In this document: piece by piece, positions 1-9,280 of the stretch | How the letters are laid out: each line of letters starts with the position of its first letter | Numbering within the stretch: the stretch's first letter is position 1 | From: Candidatus Limnocylindrales bacterium | GTDB lineage: Bacteria; Chloroflexota; Limnocylindria; Limnocylindrales; CSP1-4 | Assembly (NCBI GenBank): GCA_049521175.1 | Contig: JBEKPB010000010.1 | Coordinates: forward strand, 6,553-70,552 | Length of the DNA stretch: 64,000 nt | Reading direction: 5' to 3' | Made by a program: the position numbers and the translations under genes | The notes under the pieces: generated by a model | Told to the model about the DNA's origin: nothing | Databases searched by the model: none | Seen by the model: only the letters and a program-made list of their open reading frames with translations

Positions 1-355
1 GGACGCCAACGGCCTCCGACACCGCACTTACCGAAAGCGGCGCTTGCTGCCGCATCGACCCGGCAGGACCCAGCGAAGCTGAACTCGCGGAACGGCTCGC
101 GACTGCAAGCGCTGCGAGAAGGCCTGCCAGGCCGAGGCGGGCCGTCCTAGGGACCGGTCCGTGGCGCAGCGCACATGAGACCGATTCCCGCGCCAAGCGA
201 AGCTCCCAGCGCTTGAGAGCGGATCGTCATCTGCCGGCGAAAACCCGCGAAATCCGCATCCGGTGGGACTCTGGCGTCCGACCCACCCCGACCGGCGGCA
301 CGCCCGACACGACCAGGTCATAGTGCTGCGTCGCCCTCGCCCCCACCGCCCGCTC

Positions 356-529
356 CTACTCCAGGTAATCCTTGAGCTTGCGGGAGCGGGACGGGTGGCG
401 GAGCTTACGCAGCGCTTTCACCTCGATGCGGCGGATCCGCTCGCGGGTGACGTTGAACTCCTTGCCAATCTCGTTGAGCGTCCGGGCGCGGCCGCTAGAA
501 CCCAGTCCGCCCGACGATGCCCTATCCAG
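356..529 (-). pseudogene. C-terminal remnant of a primary-type sigma-70 factor (region 4.2 only)
   Basis: Minus-strand frame reads [57 protein letters not shown] then TAG (356-358). This is the region 4.2 HTH and conserved C-terminus of RpoD/SigA-like sigmas. There is an in-frame TAG at 530-532 and no ATG/GTG/TTG start. Regions 1-3 are absent and the upstream space is the 3' end of the permease gene. Confidence 0.6.
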
Positions 530-1331
530 CTATCTCGGCACGATCTGAGAAGACCGCGGCCACCATCAGGGCCCCGATCAACCAGACAATCACCAGCACC
601 TGGGCCTGGTCGGCGGGAAGCCCGCTAGCGCCGCCGGCGAACATTCCGGGACTACTCGTGCCCGTGACGAGCGAGGCGTTGGCGACGCTGAACGGCAGGT
701 ACTTGACGATGTCGGGCAGGACGATGCTGGCAAAGCCCTCGCCGAAATAGAAGGCGATGCCTACCCCGATGCCGGCCAGCTGGCTGCGTGCCAGGGTGGC
801 GATGGTGAAGCCAAGGGCTCCTTCTTCGACGACAGCGACCCAACCCTTGAGGAGCCGCCCAGGCAGATCGCTCAGCGTCGCCGAATCGCCCAGGCCGCTG
901 GTAGAGACGTTGGCCAGGTGCGCTCCGATGATCGCCGCGACCACACCAACGGCGAACGTGAGCAGAATCCCGAAGGCGATCATCACCGCGACGGTCACGT
1001 ACGAGATCATCATGTAGCGGACGCGGCTCTCGCCCCGGGCCACCGCCGACTTGAGCGTGCCCCAGCTCCATTCGGAGCCCGCGATCGCCGCCCCATAGAT
1101 GACCGCAAACAGGCCGCCCAGCCCCGTGATGAACTGGAGGAGCCTGTCGTAGGCCTCGGGGAAGGTGACCAGAGTCTTGGCAGCGGCTTCCCGTGTCACG
1201 TTGGTGCGCTCGTTCGCCGTGGCGCCGACCGCGATGATGATGAGCGCCAGTAGGCCGATCAGTAGCCCGAGGGTGACCCAGCTGGCGGGTCTTCGGACGA
1301 GCTTTCGCAGCCCCGAGAAGAACAGCCTCAT
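522..1331 (-). CDS. ABC-2 type transporter permease
   Basis: 269-aa ORF with multiple hydrophobic helices. ATGA overlap (1328-1331) with the upstream ATPase gene. Stop is TAG. Confidence 0.8.
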   Translation of the reverse strand: MRLFFSGLRKLVRRPASWVTLGLLIGLLALIIIAVGATANERTNVTREAAAKTLVTFPEAYDRLLQFITGLGGLFAVIYGAAIAGSEWSWGTLKSAVARGESRVRYMMISYVTVAVMIAFGILLTFAVGVVAAIIGAHLANVSTSGLGDSATLSDLPGRLLKGWVAVVEEGALGFTIATLARSQLAGIGVGIAFYFGEGFASIVLPDIVKYLPFSVANASLVTGTSSPGMFAGGASGLPADQAQVLVIVWLIGALMVAAVFSDRAEIAG

Positions 1332-2335
1332 GCCGCGGTTCCCTTTCCTGCGGTCGCGGCGCCATTGTCCGGACCGCCGAGGCCTACGAACGAACCCTCG
1401 CCGCCAGCAGCCTGTCCGCCGGTGAGTTCGAGGAACAGCATCTCGAGGTCGGTCCCCGACTCCATGCCGGAGACGTAGATGCCCGCGCCGGCCAACTTCT
1501 GGCTGACCTCCTCCGCGCGATCGGCGGCGATGTGAACGGTCAGCCAGCCCTCCTCGCGATCCGTCTCAGTGAGCCGCTCGGCCGCGAAGAGAGGAGCGAG
1601 GGTCGCGACGGCAGCGTCCACCTGGTTCGGTTGCACGCGCACCTTGACGACCGCCTGCATCGACAGGAGTTCCTTGAGCGGTCCCTCGCGGACAAGCTTG
1701 CCCGAGGCGATGATGCCGACCGTATCGGCCATGACCTGGATCTCGGCCAGGAGGTGGCTCGAGACGAAGACCGTCTTGCCCTGGGAGGCGAGTGCACGGA
1801 GCGTGTCGCGCATGGCCACGATGCCGGCCGGATCGAGCCCGTTCGCCGGTTCGTCGAGCAGCAAGAGCTTCGGATCGCTCAAGAGCGCCGCGGCGATGCC
1901 CAGCCGTTGCTTCATCCCCATCGAGTAGTCCTGGACCTTGTCGCCGGCGCGGTCGCACAGGCCCACGAGATCGAGCAGCTCCTCGATCCGCTTCGACGGG
2001 ACCGGAGCGCCGGACGCCGCGAGCTCCCGGAGGTTGGCGCGGGCCGACAAGTACGGGTAGAAGGTTGGCGCCTCCACGAGCGCCCCCACTTCGAACAGAC
2101 GATGCCGATCGCCCCGCCTGAACGGCTTTCCGAGTAGCTCGACCGTGCCACCGTCGGGGTGGATCAGCCCGGTCAGGACCCTCATGGTCGTCGTCTTGCC
2201 GGCACCGTTTGGCCCGAGGAAACCGTAGACTCCGCCCGTTGGGACCGACAGATCAAGGCCATCGAGAGCCCTGCGGGAGCCGTAGTTCTTGCGCAAGCCA
2301 CGAGTCGCCAGAGCGAGGCCGTCGGTGCCGCTCAC
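1328..2335 (-). CDS. ABC transporter ATP-binding protein
   Basis: Walker A GPNGAGKTT, signature YSMGMKQR, Walker B LLLLDEP. The track ORF (to 2578) is over-extended. GTG at 2335 is preceded by GGAGGA and overlaps the marR-type stop (GTGA). Confidence 0.9.
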   Translation of the reverse strand: MSGTDGLALATRGLRKNYGSRRALDGLDLSVPTGGVYGFLGPNGAGKTTTMRVLTGLIHPDGGTVELLGKPFRRGDRHRLFEVGALVEAPTFYPYLSARANLRELAASGAPVPSKRIEELLDLVGLCDRAGDKVQDYSMGMKQRLGIAAALLSDPKLLLLDEPANGLDPAGIVAMRDTLRALASQGKTVFVSSHLLAEIQVMADTVGIIASGKLVREGPLKELLSMQAVVKVRVQPNQVDAAVATLAPLFAAERLTETDREEGWLTVHIAADRAEEVSQKLAGAGIYVSGMESGTDLEMLFLELTGGQAAGGEGSFVGLGGPDNGAATAGKGTAA

Positions 2336-2865
2336 GCCGGTCCTCCGCCGGCATTTCGAGCCGGGCTCGTCGGTTGCGTTCCGAAATCCACGAGAGTGCC
2401 TCCTTCGGTCTGAGCCGACGGTGATGCGGCCGACAAACGCTCGGCCATGAGTCGAATTAGCCGATCGAAGTCGGCGAGCTCCTCTGTGGTTAGAACCGCA
2501 AGGACCTGGCGCATGGCCTTCCGCCGAGCACCGGCTATCTCGGCCAGCAAGCTGGCTCCTTCGTCGCTGAGCCGGCAATCGACCACGCGCCGGTCGTCAA
2601 GCCTATGGCTTCGGGTGGCGAGACCACGCCGTTCGACGCGGTCGACAAACTCGGAGGCAGTGGCGTCGGTCACGCCCATCATGTGGGCGAGCTGGCCGAT
2701 CGAGACGGGCCCCGACTGACCGAGCACGAAGAGAAGCCGCAGCTGACCGAACGTCAGGTCGTGATGGGCCCAATCGGGCGGCCCCTTCGGCATGAGCCGA
2801 CCCAGCGCCCGAACGTGAGCGTCGATATCGTCGAAAGTAACGGCATGTCCTGATACTTCGGCCAT
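2332..2865 (-). CDS. MarR family transcriptional regulator
   Basis: 177 aa with a winged-HTH pattern LTFGQLRLLFVLGQSGPVSIGQLAHMMGVTDATASEFVDRVERRGL. First gene of the marR-ABC ATPase-permease operon. Confidence 0.85.
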   Translation of the reverse strand: MAEVSGHAVTFDDIDAHVRALGRLMPKGPPDWAHHDLTFGQLRLLFVLGQSGPVSIGQLAHMMGVTDATASEFVDRVERRGLATRSHRLDDRRVVDCRLSDEGASLLAEIAGARRKAMRQVLAVLTTEELADFDRLIRLMAERLSAASPSAQTEGGTLVDFGTQPTSPARNAGGGPA

Positions 2866-3051
2866 GCTCTTACCTTATGGCAGGCTCCTAAAGGACTCCT
2901 GAAAGCGCGACTAGGCTAGCCGCGAGACTCCGGCAGATGAGCACTGCGCGTCTAATTGCCCCATCCAAACCCGGCGACCCTCTGCTGACGCAAACCACGA
3001 AGCCATCGTGTTGGCGTACGTGGCCGGCGGAATAGGCCGGGGTTGCTCGGT

Positions 3052-3432
3052 TCACTCAACCTTCGTTGTGGCCTTCCCGGCGTTCTCTTGGACCTTGTAT
3101 TCGACGATCCGGCGGATCAGGTCCCGTGGCAATGGCCGGCCGATGGGGAAGCGCGCGGAGCTCTTACCGTTCTCGTAAGGCTCGAGTTCTGCCTTGAACT
3201 CATCGACCCGGCTGGGCACCGGATACAGCCCGACGTGCTTCTCGTAGCCCGCGAAGAACACCAGATGCCGCCCATTCAGATCGAACGTCGGGATTGCGTA
3301 GCTTATCGTCTCCGTCGCCTCGGGTGCCGATGCCTTGATCAGTGCCCGCAGCTCTTGGAGCATCTTCTGAGTCTGGGGACTGAATCCCGCGATGTAGTCG
3401 TCGATGGATCTAGCAGTTGATCCGGTTGCCAT
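3052..3432 (-). CDS. DUF1801 (YdhG-like) domain protein
   Basis: Contains IDDYIAGFSPQTQKMLQELRALIKASAPEATETISYAIPTF...HLVFFAGYEKHVGLYP, typical of DUF1801. ATG at 3432 is preceded by AGGTG. The track ORF starts further upstream. Confidence 0.7.
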   Translation of the reverse strand: MATGSTARSIDDYIAGFSPQTQKMLQELRALIKASAPEATETISYAIPTFDLNGRHLVFFAGYEKHVGLYPVPSRVDEFKAELEPYENGKSSARFPIGRPLPRDLIRRIVEYKVQENAGKATTKVE

Positions 3433-3987
3433 TCTTAACACCTGCCTGGTCCCTGGGTCAGCGCGTCCGACCAACCCGGACTCGCTTGCGCAAACGCATT
3501 GCCCCGATTCGAGCGCAATTCCGGCAAGCTGGCGAGGCGGACCGCCATTGGACCGCCCTGCGAGCCAGATGGCCAGGGCGCCCGTCGCTATTCAAGCCAT
3601 GGTGTTGTGGGAGGATCCCTAGCCATAGCTCGAGGCACTCTGGTGGGAGTTAGCCAACGGCGGCGTGGCCACTCCGACGACGCGATCTAACGCTCCACGC
3701 GATCAGCCGCTTTCGCCTCGAAGGGGCCAGCGGATGCCGGCGGCACGGTGCGCGACGAAGTGGCAGCGCTGCAGGCCGCTCTGAACCAGGGCCTGGCAGC
3801 GCACGTAGACTTCCTGGAAGTATACGAAGCCGACGTGGTGAATCCCGCCATGCAGGCCGTGCTCCAGGCGACTCAGGTCGCATTGCTCCACTAGCCTCGA
3901 AGAGCCCAATGGCCGCTTCGGCAGCCTCACTTCGGGTGAGACGTCAGGTAAGGCGTGCCAGGCGGCCCTCCGCACGCTCCGCCATCC

Positions 3988-4257
3988 TCACCGCGCCGTT
4001 TCCTGCGGGTCGGGTGCTGCCGTTTGTTGGGCGTTGATGTCCGGCGTCGGGGCTGATGTCGGCGGCACGGCTGTTCCGACTGGCGTCGCCGGGGCAGCTG
4101 TTCCAACTACCGTCGCCGGAGCCGGTGTTTCGGCTGGTGTTGGACTCTTGGCTGATCTTCTTGCGTGCCGCTCGACCGACGTCAGGCCCGCATCGATCGG
4201 GTCGTCAACCCAATCGAACACGTCAAACACCTTGTTGAGCGCGTCGAGGAGTCCCAT
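3988..4257 (-). CDS. hypothetical small protein (ordered N-terminus, Pro/Ala/Thr-rich tail)
   Basis: 89-aa ORF with ATG 4257 preceded by a strong AAGGAGGG SD. No family recognised. Confidence 0.55.
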   Translation of the reverse strand: MGLLDALNKVFDVFDWVDDPIDAGLTSVERHARRSAKSPTPAETPAPATVVGTAAPATPVGTAVPPTSAPTPDINAQQTAAPDPQETAR

Positions 4258-4339
4258 TAGTCGAACCCTCCTTCAGAACGGAGCGGCGGGTACGCGATCA
4301 CGTGCCCCGGGGAACGCGCCGCAGTTCTCTCCGCTCCCG

Positions 4340-4648
4340 CTAGCCGAGATCCTCCGACTCGAGGGTCCAGTCCGTGTTGGTGCCAGGTACGGTGTGAGAG
4401 AAGAGCGCCTCTAGCTTGGCCTCGTACTGGTCGTCCTTTTGGGCCGCATTGATGCGGGTACGCAATTCCTCGACACTGGCGTACTCGGCTTCGAGGAACG
4501 CCTCGCCGAACGGGCCGGCCCATTGGGACCAGACCCGATACTCCGGGAGCCCCACCCGCGCCGCATCGTCGTTGTGGACCTTGAGCGCGGCACGGAACGC
4601 CTTCCATTCGCCAAACTTGACCTGACAGCGTATCCAGTGGCGCACCAT
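4340..4648 (-). CDS. hypothetical protein, possible dimeric alpha/beta-barrel (NIPSNAP/Dabb-like)
   Basis: ATG 4648 is preceded by GGAGGAGG. The 102-aa product starts MVRHWIRCQVKFGEWKAFRAALKVHN. The fold guess rests only on size and pattern. Confidence 0.5.
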   Translation of the reverse strand: MVRHWIRCQVKFGEWKAFRAALKVHNDDAARVGLPEYRVWSQWAGPFGEAFLEAEYASVEELRTRINAAQKDDQYEAKLEALFSHTVPGTNTDWTLESEDLG

Positions 4649-5006
4649 CGCCCGTCCTCCTCCAGGACCGGGACGGGCAGGGCTCGCCAGTGGCTCGACG
4701 CGGTCCAGGCGGCCGGGGTGCGGGCCGCGCGTCAACATCTCCCGTCGATCGGGCCAGCCTGTGCCGAGTGGCTCCCCATGACACGTGCCGTCAGTCCCGA
4801 CCTGCGCTACCCGGGCGGTAGGGGCTGACTACCCCATGGAGTGGCGCGAGTTGGGATGACCGCCGGTGATCCCTGCGTCTTGGCCCTGGGCCGGGCCCGG
4901 CGGGCTTGGGTCCGACACGCTTCCGGACCCTCCCGACGCGTCCGCCGACTTTGAATGGACTGACGATGGTTTCATCGTGTCGAGTTCAGTCGGCCGGATT
5001 CCGGTT

Positions 5007-5888
5007 CTACAGTCCGAACCGAAGTAGCGCAAGTCCGCCGAAGACGAGGGAGTAAGCCGCAAACGGCATCAGCGTCCGGCTGGTGAAGTAGCGGCTGAGG
5101 AAGCGCACTGAGACGTAGGCCGCGATCCCCGCGGCGATGCTGCCCGCGAGGACCTGACCGCGTACTCCGTCGCCGTTCGGCCCGAGCAAGTCCGGTAGCT
5201 TGTAGACGCCCGCCGCGAGGATGATGGGCGTGGCCAGCAGGAACGAGAACCGGACCGCGTCCTCATGGTCGAGGCCGCGAACCAGCCCGGCGACCATCGT
5301 GATCCCCGACCGGCTGATACCCGCGAGAAGGGCGAAGACCTGCGCCACGCCCACGACGCCAGCCTATCGGAACTCGAGCGTGTCCAGGCGTCGATCGCCG
5401 GACGGAGTCTTCTCGTGAGAGGCAACAACGGCCCGGACGGCGGCTCGACGACGCACCCCTTCGCCGGCGAGCAGGATGCAGCCGTTGACGACGAGAAAGC
5501 CCGCGGCCGCGACCGGAGTTGCGAACAAGACCCGCAGCGGATGTTCGAGGACAAGGCCGACTATTCCGGCCGGAACGGTAGCTACAACCAGGAGCCAGCC
5601 CAGCCGCTCGTCCTAGGTCTCGATCTTGCGGCGCGAGAGTGAGCCGACCAGACCGAGCACGATTCGGACCCACAGATCGCGGTAGAACAAGAGAAGGGCA
5701 AGAGCAGTCGCGACGTGCAGGCCCACGAGAAACGCGAGGAAGAACGACTCTGGGGCCGACTGCGCCGCCACGACGTTGGTCCAGCCGAAAAGCTGGGGCA
5801 GGATGACAGAGTGGCCCAGACTCGAAACGGGGAACAGCTCGGTGACACCCTGGATGAGCCCAAGGATGATGGCCTGTGCGTAGTCCAA
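5007..5888 (-). pseudogene. uppP: undecaprenyl-diphosphate phosphatase (UppP/BacA) interrupted by two in-frame TAG codons
   Basis: Track ORFs 5613..6002 and 5007..5354 are in the same frame. The 258 nt between them also translate as UppP (DERLGWLLVVATVPAGIVGLVLEHPLRVLF...RRLDTLEFR). In-frame TAGs lie at 5613-5615 and 5364-5366. Motifs GVTELFPVSSLGH and GISRSGITM are present. TTG start at 5888 follows GAGGGA. Confidence 0.85.
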
Positions 5889-6043
5889 TCTTTCCCTCTC
5901 GTATCGACTTGGCCTCGGAACCTTGCTGGGGTTAGCCGACTCTATCGGACGGGGAGCTTTCGAGTCGTGGCGCTCCGGCCCGCCGCAGCTACCGAAACGC
6001 AATCGGCGACCGATACCACGACTACGTACAGAGGCGAACTAGC

Positions 6044-6328
6044 ATGAACGTCAGAGCCATCGACCCCACGACGACTGCGCTAACCCAGGCATCGGCAGCC
6101 AGCTCCGCCCCGGGAAAGAAGCCCTCGCCGGCCGGTCCATCGGCCAAGCCTGCCCCGGCCGCGGCCCTTCCAACGCCGGCTGCAACCGTGGCTGTCTCGG
6201 GCATACCTGCGACCGTCAAGCCTGAAGATCGGGCGCTCTACATGCAGATCCTCAAGTCCGTCGGCGGCAACGTCAACGCGGCCCTGGCCGGGCTCGCGGC
6301 AGCGGAAGCCAAGGAAGCTTCGAGCTAA
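6044..6328 (+). CDS. hypothetical small Ala/Pro-rich protein
   Basis: 94-aa ATG ORF with GC-rich third positions. No family recognised. Confidence 0.45.
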   Translation: MNVRAIDPTTTALTQASAASSAPGKKPSPAGPSAKPAPAAALPTPAATVAVSGIPATVKPEDRALYMQILKSVGGNVNAALAGLAAAEAKEASS

Positions 6329-6537
6329 CATCTGGCCGCCCGAGTCGTCGAGGACGCAGGCCGCAAGAGCGCGCCGGCTCACGATCGGGCCATCGTGTCG
6401 CAGCCGCCCGACCCAGCCAAGCCGCCGAAAGAGCCGGCGTTCCACCTAGGCGTTGACCCTCGGTCGGGGCTTTGACGGCCCTCCCGACCGCCGATACTTC
6501 CTACGGAGGGCACAAGACCGCTAGCCAGGAGCTGTGC

Positions 6538-7029
6538 GTGGACGCGATATCAGCCATACAGTTGAACACCGCGCAAGTAAGCGCGGCCGGGTTGTCACCG
6601 CTGCAGTCGCAGCTGCCCGTCACGACGCCGGCAGCGGGGGCCGCCCAGGGCACGACCGGGACGACCGCGACCCACGGGCATCACCACCATCATCACAGCG
6701 GCGGGGGTGCGATGAGAGCCGCCAGCCAGCTGCTCGGCCTGAGCACGAGCGACCTCGGCTCTGCGCTCCAAAATGGTCAGAGCCTCGCCTCGATCGCATC
6801 GTCGCAGGGCGTGAGCCAGAACGCTCTCGTCAGCGCCCTGGCGGCCGCCATCAAGGGGTCGAACTCCGACCTCGCCGCGGACCAGGCCACCCAGATCGCA
6901 ACCCAGTTGGCCACCCGGACTTCAGCGACGCAGAATCAGCCGGCGGCCGGTGTGCAGCAGGCCGCGGCGAGCACCTGGGCCGTGGGGACACTGCAAGCCC
7001 CGGTCAGCACCTTCGATGTGGGCGCCTGA
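6538..7029 (+). CDS. hypothetical protein with natural His tract (HGHHHHHH)
   Basis: GTG 6538 sits 7 nt after AGGAG. Product is 163 aa and the His tract is encoded at 6673-6696. The track ORF starts at TTG 6472. Confidence 0.5.
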   Translation: MDAISAIQLNTAQVSAAGLSPLQSQLPVTTPAAGAAQGTTGTTATHGHHHHHHSGGGAMRAASQLLGLSTSDLGSALQNGQSLASIASSQGVSQNALVSALAAAIKGSNSDLAADQATQIATQLATRTSATQNQPAAGVQQAAASTWAVGTLQAPVSTFDVGA

Positions 7030-7536
7030 CACGCGGCCAGTAGCTCAGCAATCGCGGCAGAAGACCAAGCCAGCCACGCGCCCCGCCATCTCGCGAGCCG
7101 CGCACGTCGTCGCGTGCAGGGAGGGTCCGAGGTTCACGACGTCGATCCCGCCCGCCGGCGAGAAGTCGTCGCCGCCTTCTTGGCCGCCTCGCGCAACGGC
7201 GACTTCAACGCGCTCACCGCATTGCTGGATCCGGACGCCGTTCTCCGGGCCGACACCGCAGCCGTGCAGGCGGGCGCATCGGCGGAGGTCCGCGGCGCTG
7301 CCGCCGTGGCCGAAACCTTCTCGGGACGCGCCCGGGCGGCGAAACTGGCGCTGGTCGATGGCGCTGCAGGAGCTGTGTGGGCCGTGGGCGGACAGCCGCG
7401 TGTCGTCTTCGAATTCACCATTACACGCGGGAAGATCGTCGAAATCGACCTCGTTGCCGACCCCGACCGTCTTCGCCGTCTCGATCTGACGATCCTCGAC
7501 GGCCGACGAGCGGGCCCCGGGGCGCGGAGTGGCTAG
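7030..7536 (+). pseudogene. C-terminal remnant of a SigJ-type ECF sigma factor (end of region 4 plus SnoaL-like domain)
   Basis: The frame reads AIAAEDQASHAPRHLASRARRRVQGG...REVVAAFLAASRNGDFNALTALLDPDAVLRAD...VNGAAG-like...ITRGKIVEIDLVADPDRL. This matches the tail of region 4.2 and the C-terminal domain of SigJ-like sigmas. Regions 2-4.1 are missing. The same frame upstream is closed by TGA 7027-7029. A GTG at 7114 could express only the C-terminal domain. Confidence 0.6.
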
Positions 7537-7570
7537 ATCGAGACTGGCGATCGGCACTGCCCGGGCGGTT

Positions 7571-9150
7571 CTACCGGAGGTCGGCCACGACGCGGTTGCG
7601 TCCCGCCTTCTTGGCCGCGTACATGTTGCGATCGGCACGGGCCAGCAGTTCGGCCGCGGTGTCGCCGGCGTTTGCGGCCGCTGCGCCGATGCTCACGGTA
7701 AGCGGCAGGTCACCGATGATGCCGCTCCACGGGTGCGCCTCGACGGCGGCCCGTATCCTCTCGAGCATCTCCAGCGCGCCGGTGAGGCTCAGCCCGGGCA
7801 GGATCACCAGGAACTCGTCTCCGCCGAGGCGGGCGACGAAACCGAGCGACCCGTTGGGAGCCGCGTAGCCGATCGCGAGCGTCTCGATGAGCGCGCCGAG
7901 GTCGCGGATCACCCGATCGCCAACCGCATGGGATAGGGAGTCGTTGATGGCCGTGAAATAGTCGGCATCGACGGCTGCGACAACCAGCGGCAGGCCGCTG
8001 ACCACGTCGTTGAGTCGGATCGGCAGCTCCTCGTTCACGAAGCGGCGGTTCGACAGCCCGGTCAGGGCATCGGTCCGGGCCTCGCGTCGGAACTGCCTGG
8101 CCGCCTCGCGCGCCTCAGGCGTGCCGAGCATCGCTTGGCGAGTTCGCGCGGCCTCCTCCCGCTTGTTCGAGCTGAGACTCAGGAGCTCGGCGTGGAAGAT
8201 CTTGTAAGCCTCAAGGGCCTGGTCGAAGCGGCCGGCCGCGGCGTGGAGCTCGGCCTGCTCGCGCAGGACCTCAACCTCGACGCCCGTCAGGTGTCGCTCG
8301 ACGCAGATGGCCCGGCACCGGTCGAGGGTCTCCTGCGCCTGCTTCAGCCGGCCCTGCCGGCGCTGTACCTCGGCGAGGCTGAGCATCAGCTCGGCTGGCG
8401 TCACTGCCTGGACGTTCCCGCCGCCCTCCAACGCGTCGAGGGCCTCGTGCAGGGTGCGCTCCGCACCGTCGTATTCGCCGAGCAGCATTTGCACGCGGGC
8501 GAGTGTGTCCAGGAAGGTTGGATTGAGCCCCACGCCGCTGGTCTCGGCCAGGTTCCGCATCGCCTCGGCTGCACGTCCGGCACGCTGCGCGTCGCCGGCT
8601 TCGTATTCCGCATAGGCCAGGTTGTTGAGACCGTTGAGCCTCCGCTCAGGGTCGCCGATGGCGACGAAGAGCGCTCCGCCTCGCCGTATCGCTCGCGGGC
8701 GAGATCGAACGATCCCGCAACGGCGTACGCGTCGGCCAGCCGAACGAGGAAGTTGCCGCGGGTGCGCATCGGCCCGTCTTCCAGGAGCTCGACGGCCCGC
8801 AACGCGTGGTCGAGACAGGACGAGGAGTCGCCGACGCTTTCGAAGATAGACGACAGGACGAGGTGACTGCGGGCGAGCAGCGGCTGCGGGCCGTGGAGGC
8901 GAGCCCACCAGTTGACTTCGGTCGCCATGCGGGCGCCTGCGGTCACCCGTCCGGTGCGCTGGAGCATGTCTGCCTGGACGAGGCGGGCCCGCATCTGAAG
9001 GTCGATCTCGCCGGCCTTGAGCGCTTCCTGCTCGGCTTGTGCTGCGCGATCCAGCCGGGCAGCCACGCCGAAGGCGCGGTGAAACTCGAGATCGTCAAGG
9101 AGATCGGATAAACGCCCCCGCTCTCGGTCCGACGTCATGGCGCCACTCAT
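7571..9150 (-). pseudogene. TPR-GGDEF diguanylate cyclase with one frameshift
   Basis: The N-terminal TPR-like part is in ORF 8401..9150 and the remainder (RLGGDEFLV active site, 7571..8908) is in another frame. The junction ...ARERYGEAE|ALFVAIGDPERRLNG lies at about 8670-8676 and is repaired by adding one nucleotide. Confidence 0.8.
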
Positions 9151-9280
9151 TCACAGAGGTATCGGCGCGCAACTCGTCTATCCCAGGCCCGCCCACCCCT
9201 TCGGGCCACAAGCGGCGTCGCCGGGATCAGTTTAGTGTGGCCGTCCGGCGCGAGTCATGCCGGGCCGGCAGGCGGTCTGC

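Noticed and set aside
1-355. Possible gene or structured RNA at the left edge
   Set aside because: The only ORF (28..321, minus) gives an Arg/Cys/Trp-rich, non-protein-like product. I found no RNase P, tmRNA, SRP or tRNA signatures by eye. Left unannotated.
3703-3975. 90-codon minus-strand ORF containing GGIHHVGFVYF, reminiscent of the first beta-strand of VOC/glyoxalase proteins
   Set aside because: The similarity is limited to one short motif, there is no SD, and the ORF is too short for a VOC domain. It is possibly a decayed fragment but is not supportable.
5007-5888. Genome-wide reassignment of TAG to a sense codon as the explanation for the two in-frame TAGs in uppP
   Set aside because: TAG is the apparent terminator of many well-delimited genes here: the ABC permease (522), the 4340 gene, uppP itself, the GGDEF gene, tetR, msrB, csp and pepA. 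Reading through them would add unconserved tails. Local nonsense mutation is more parsimonious.
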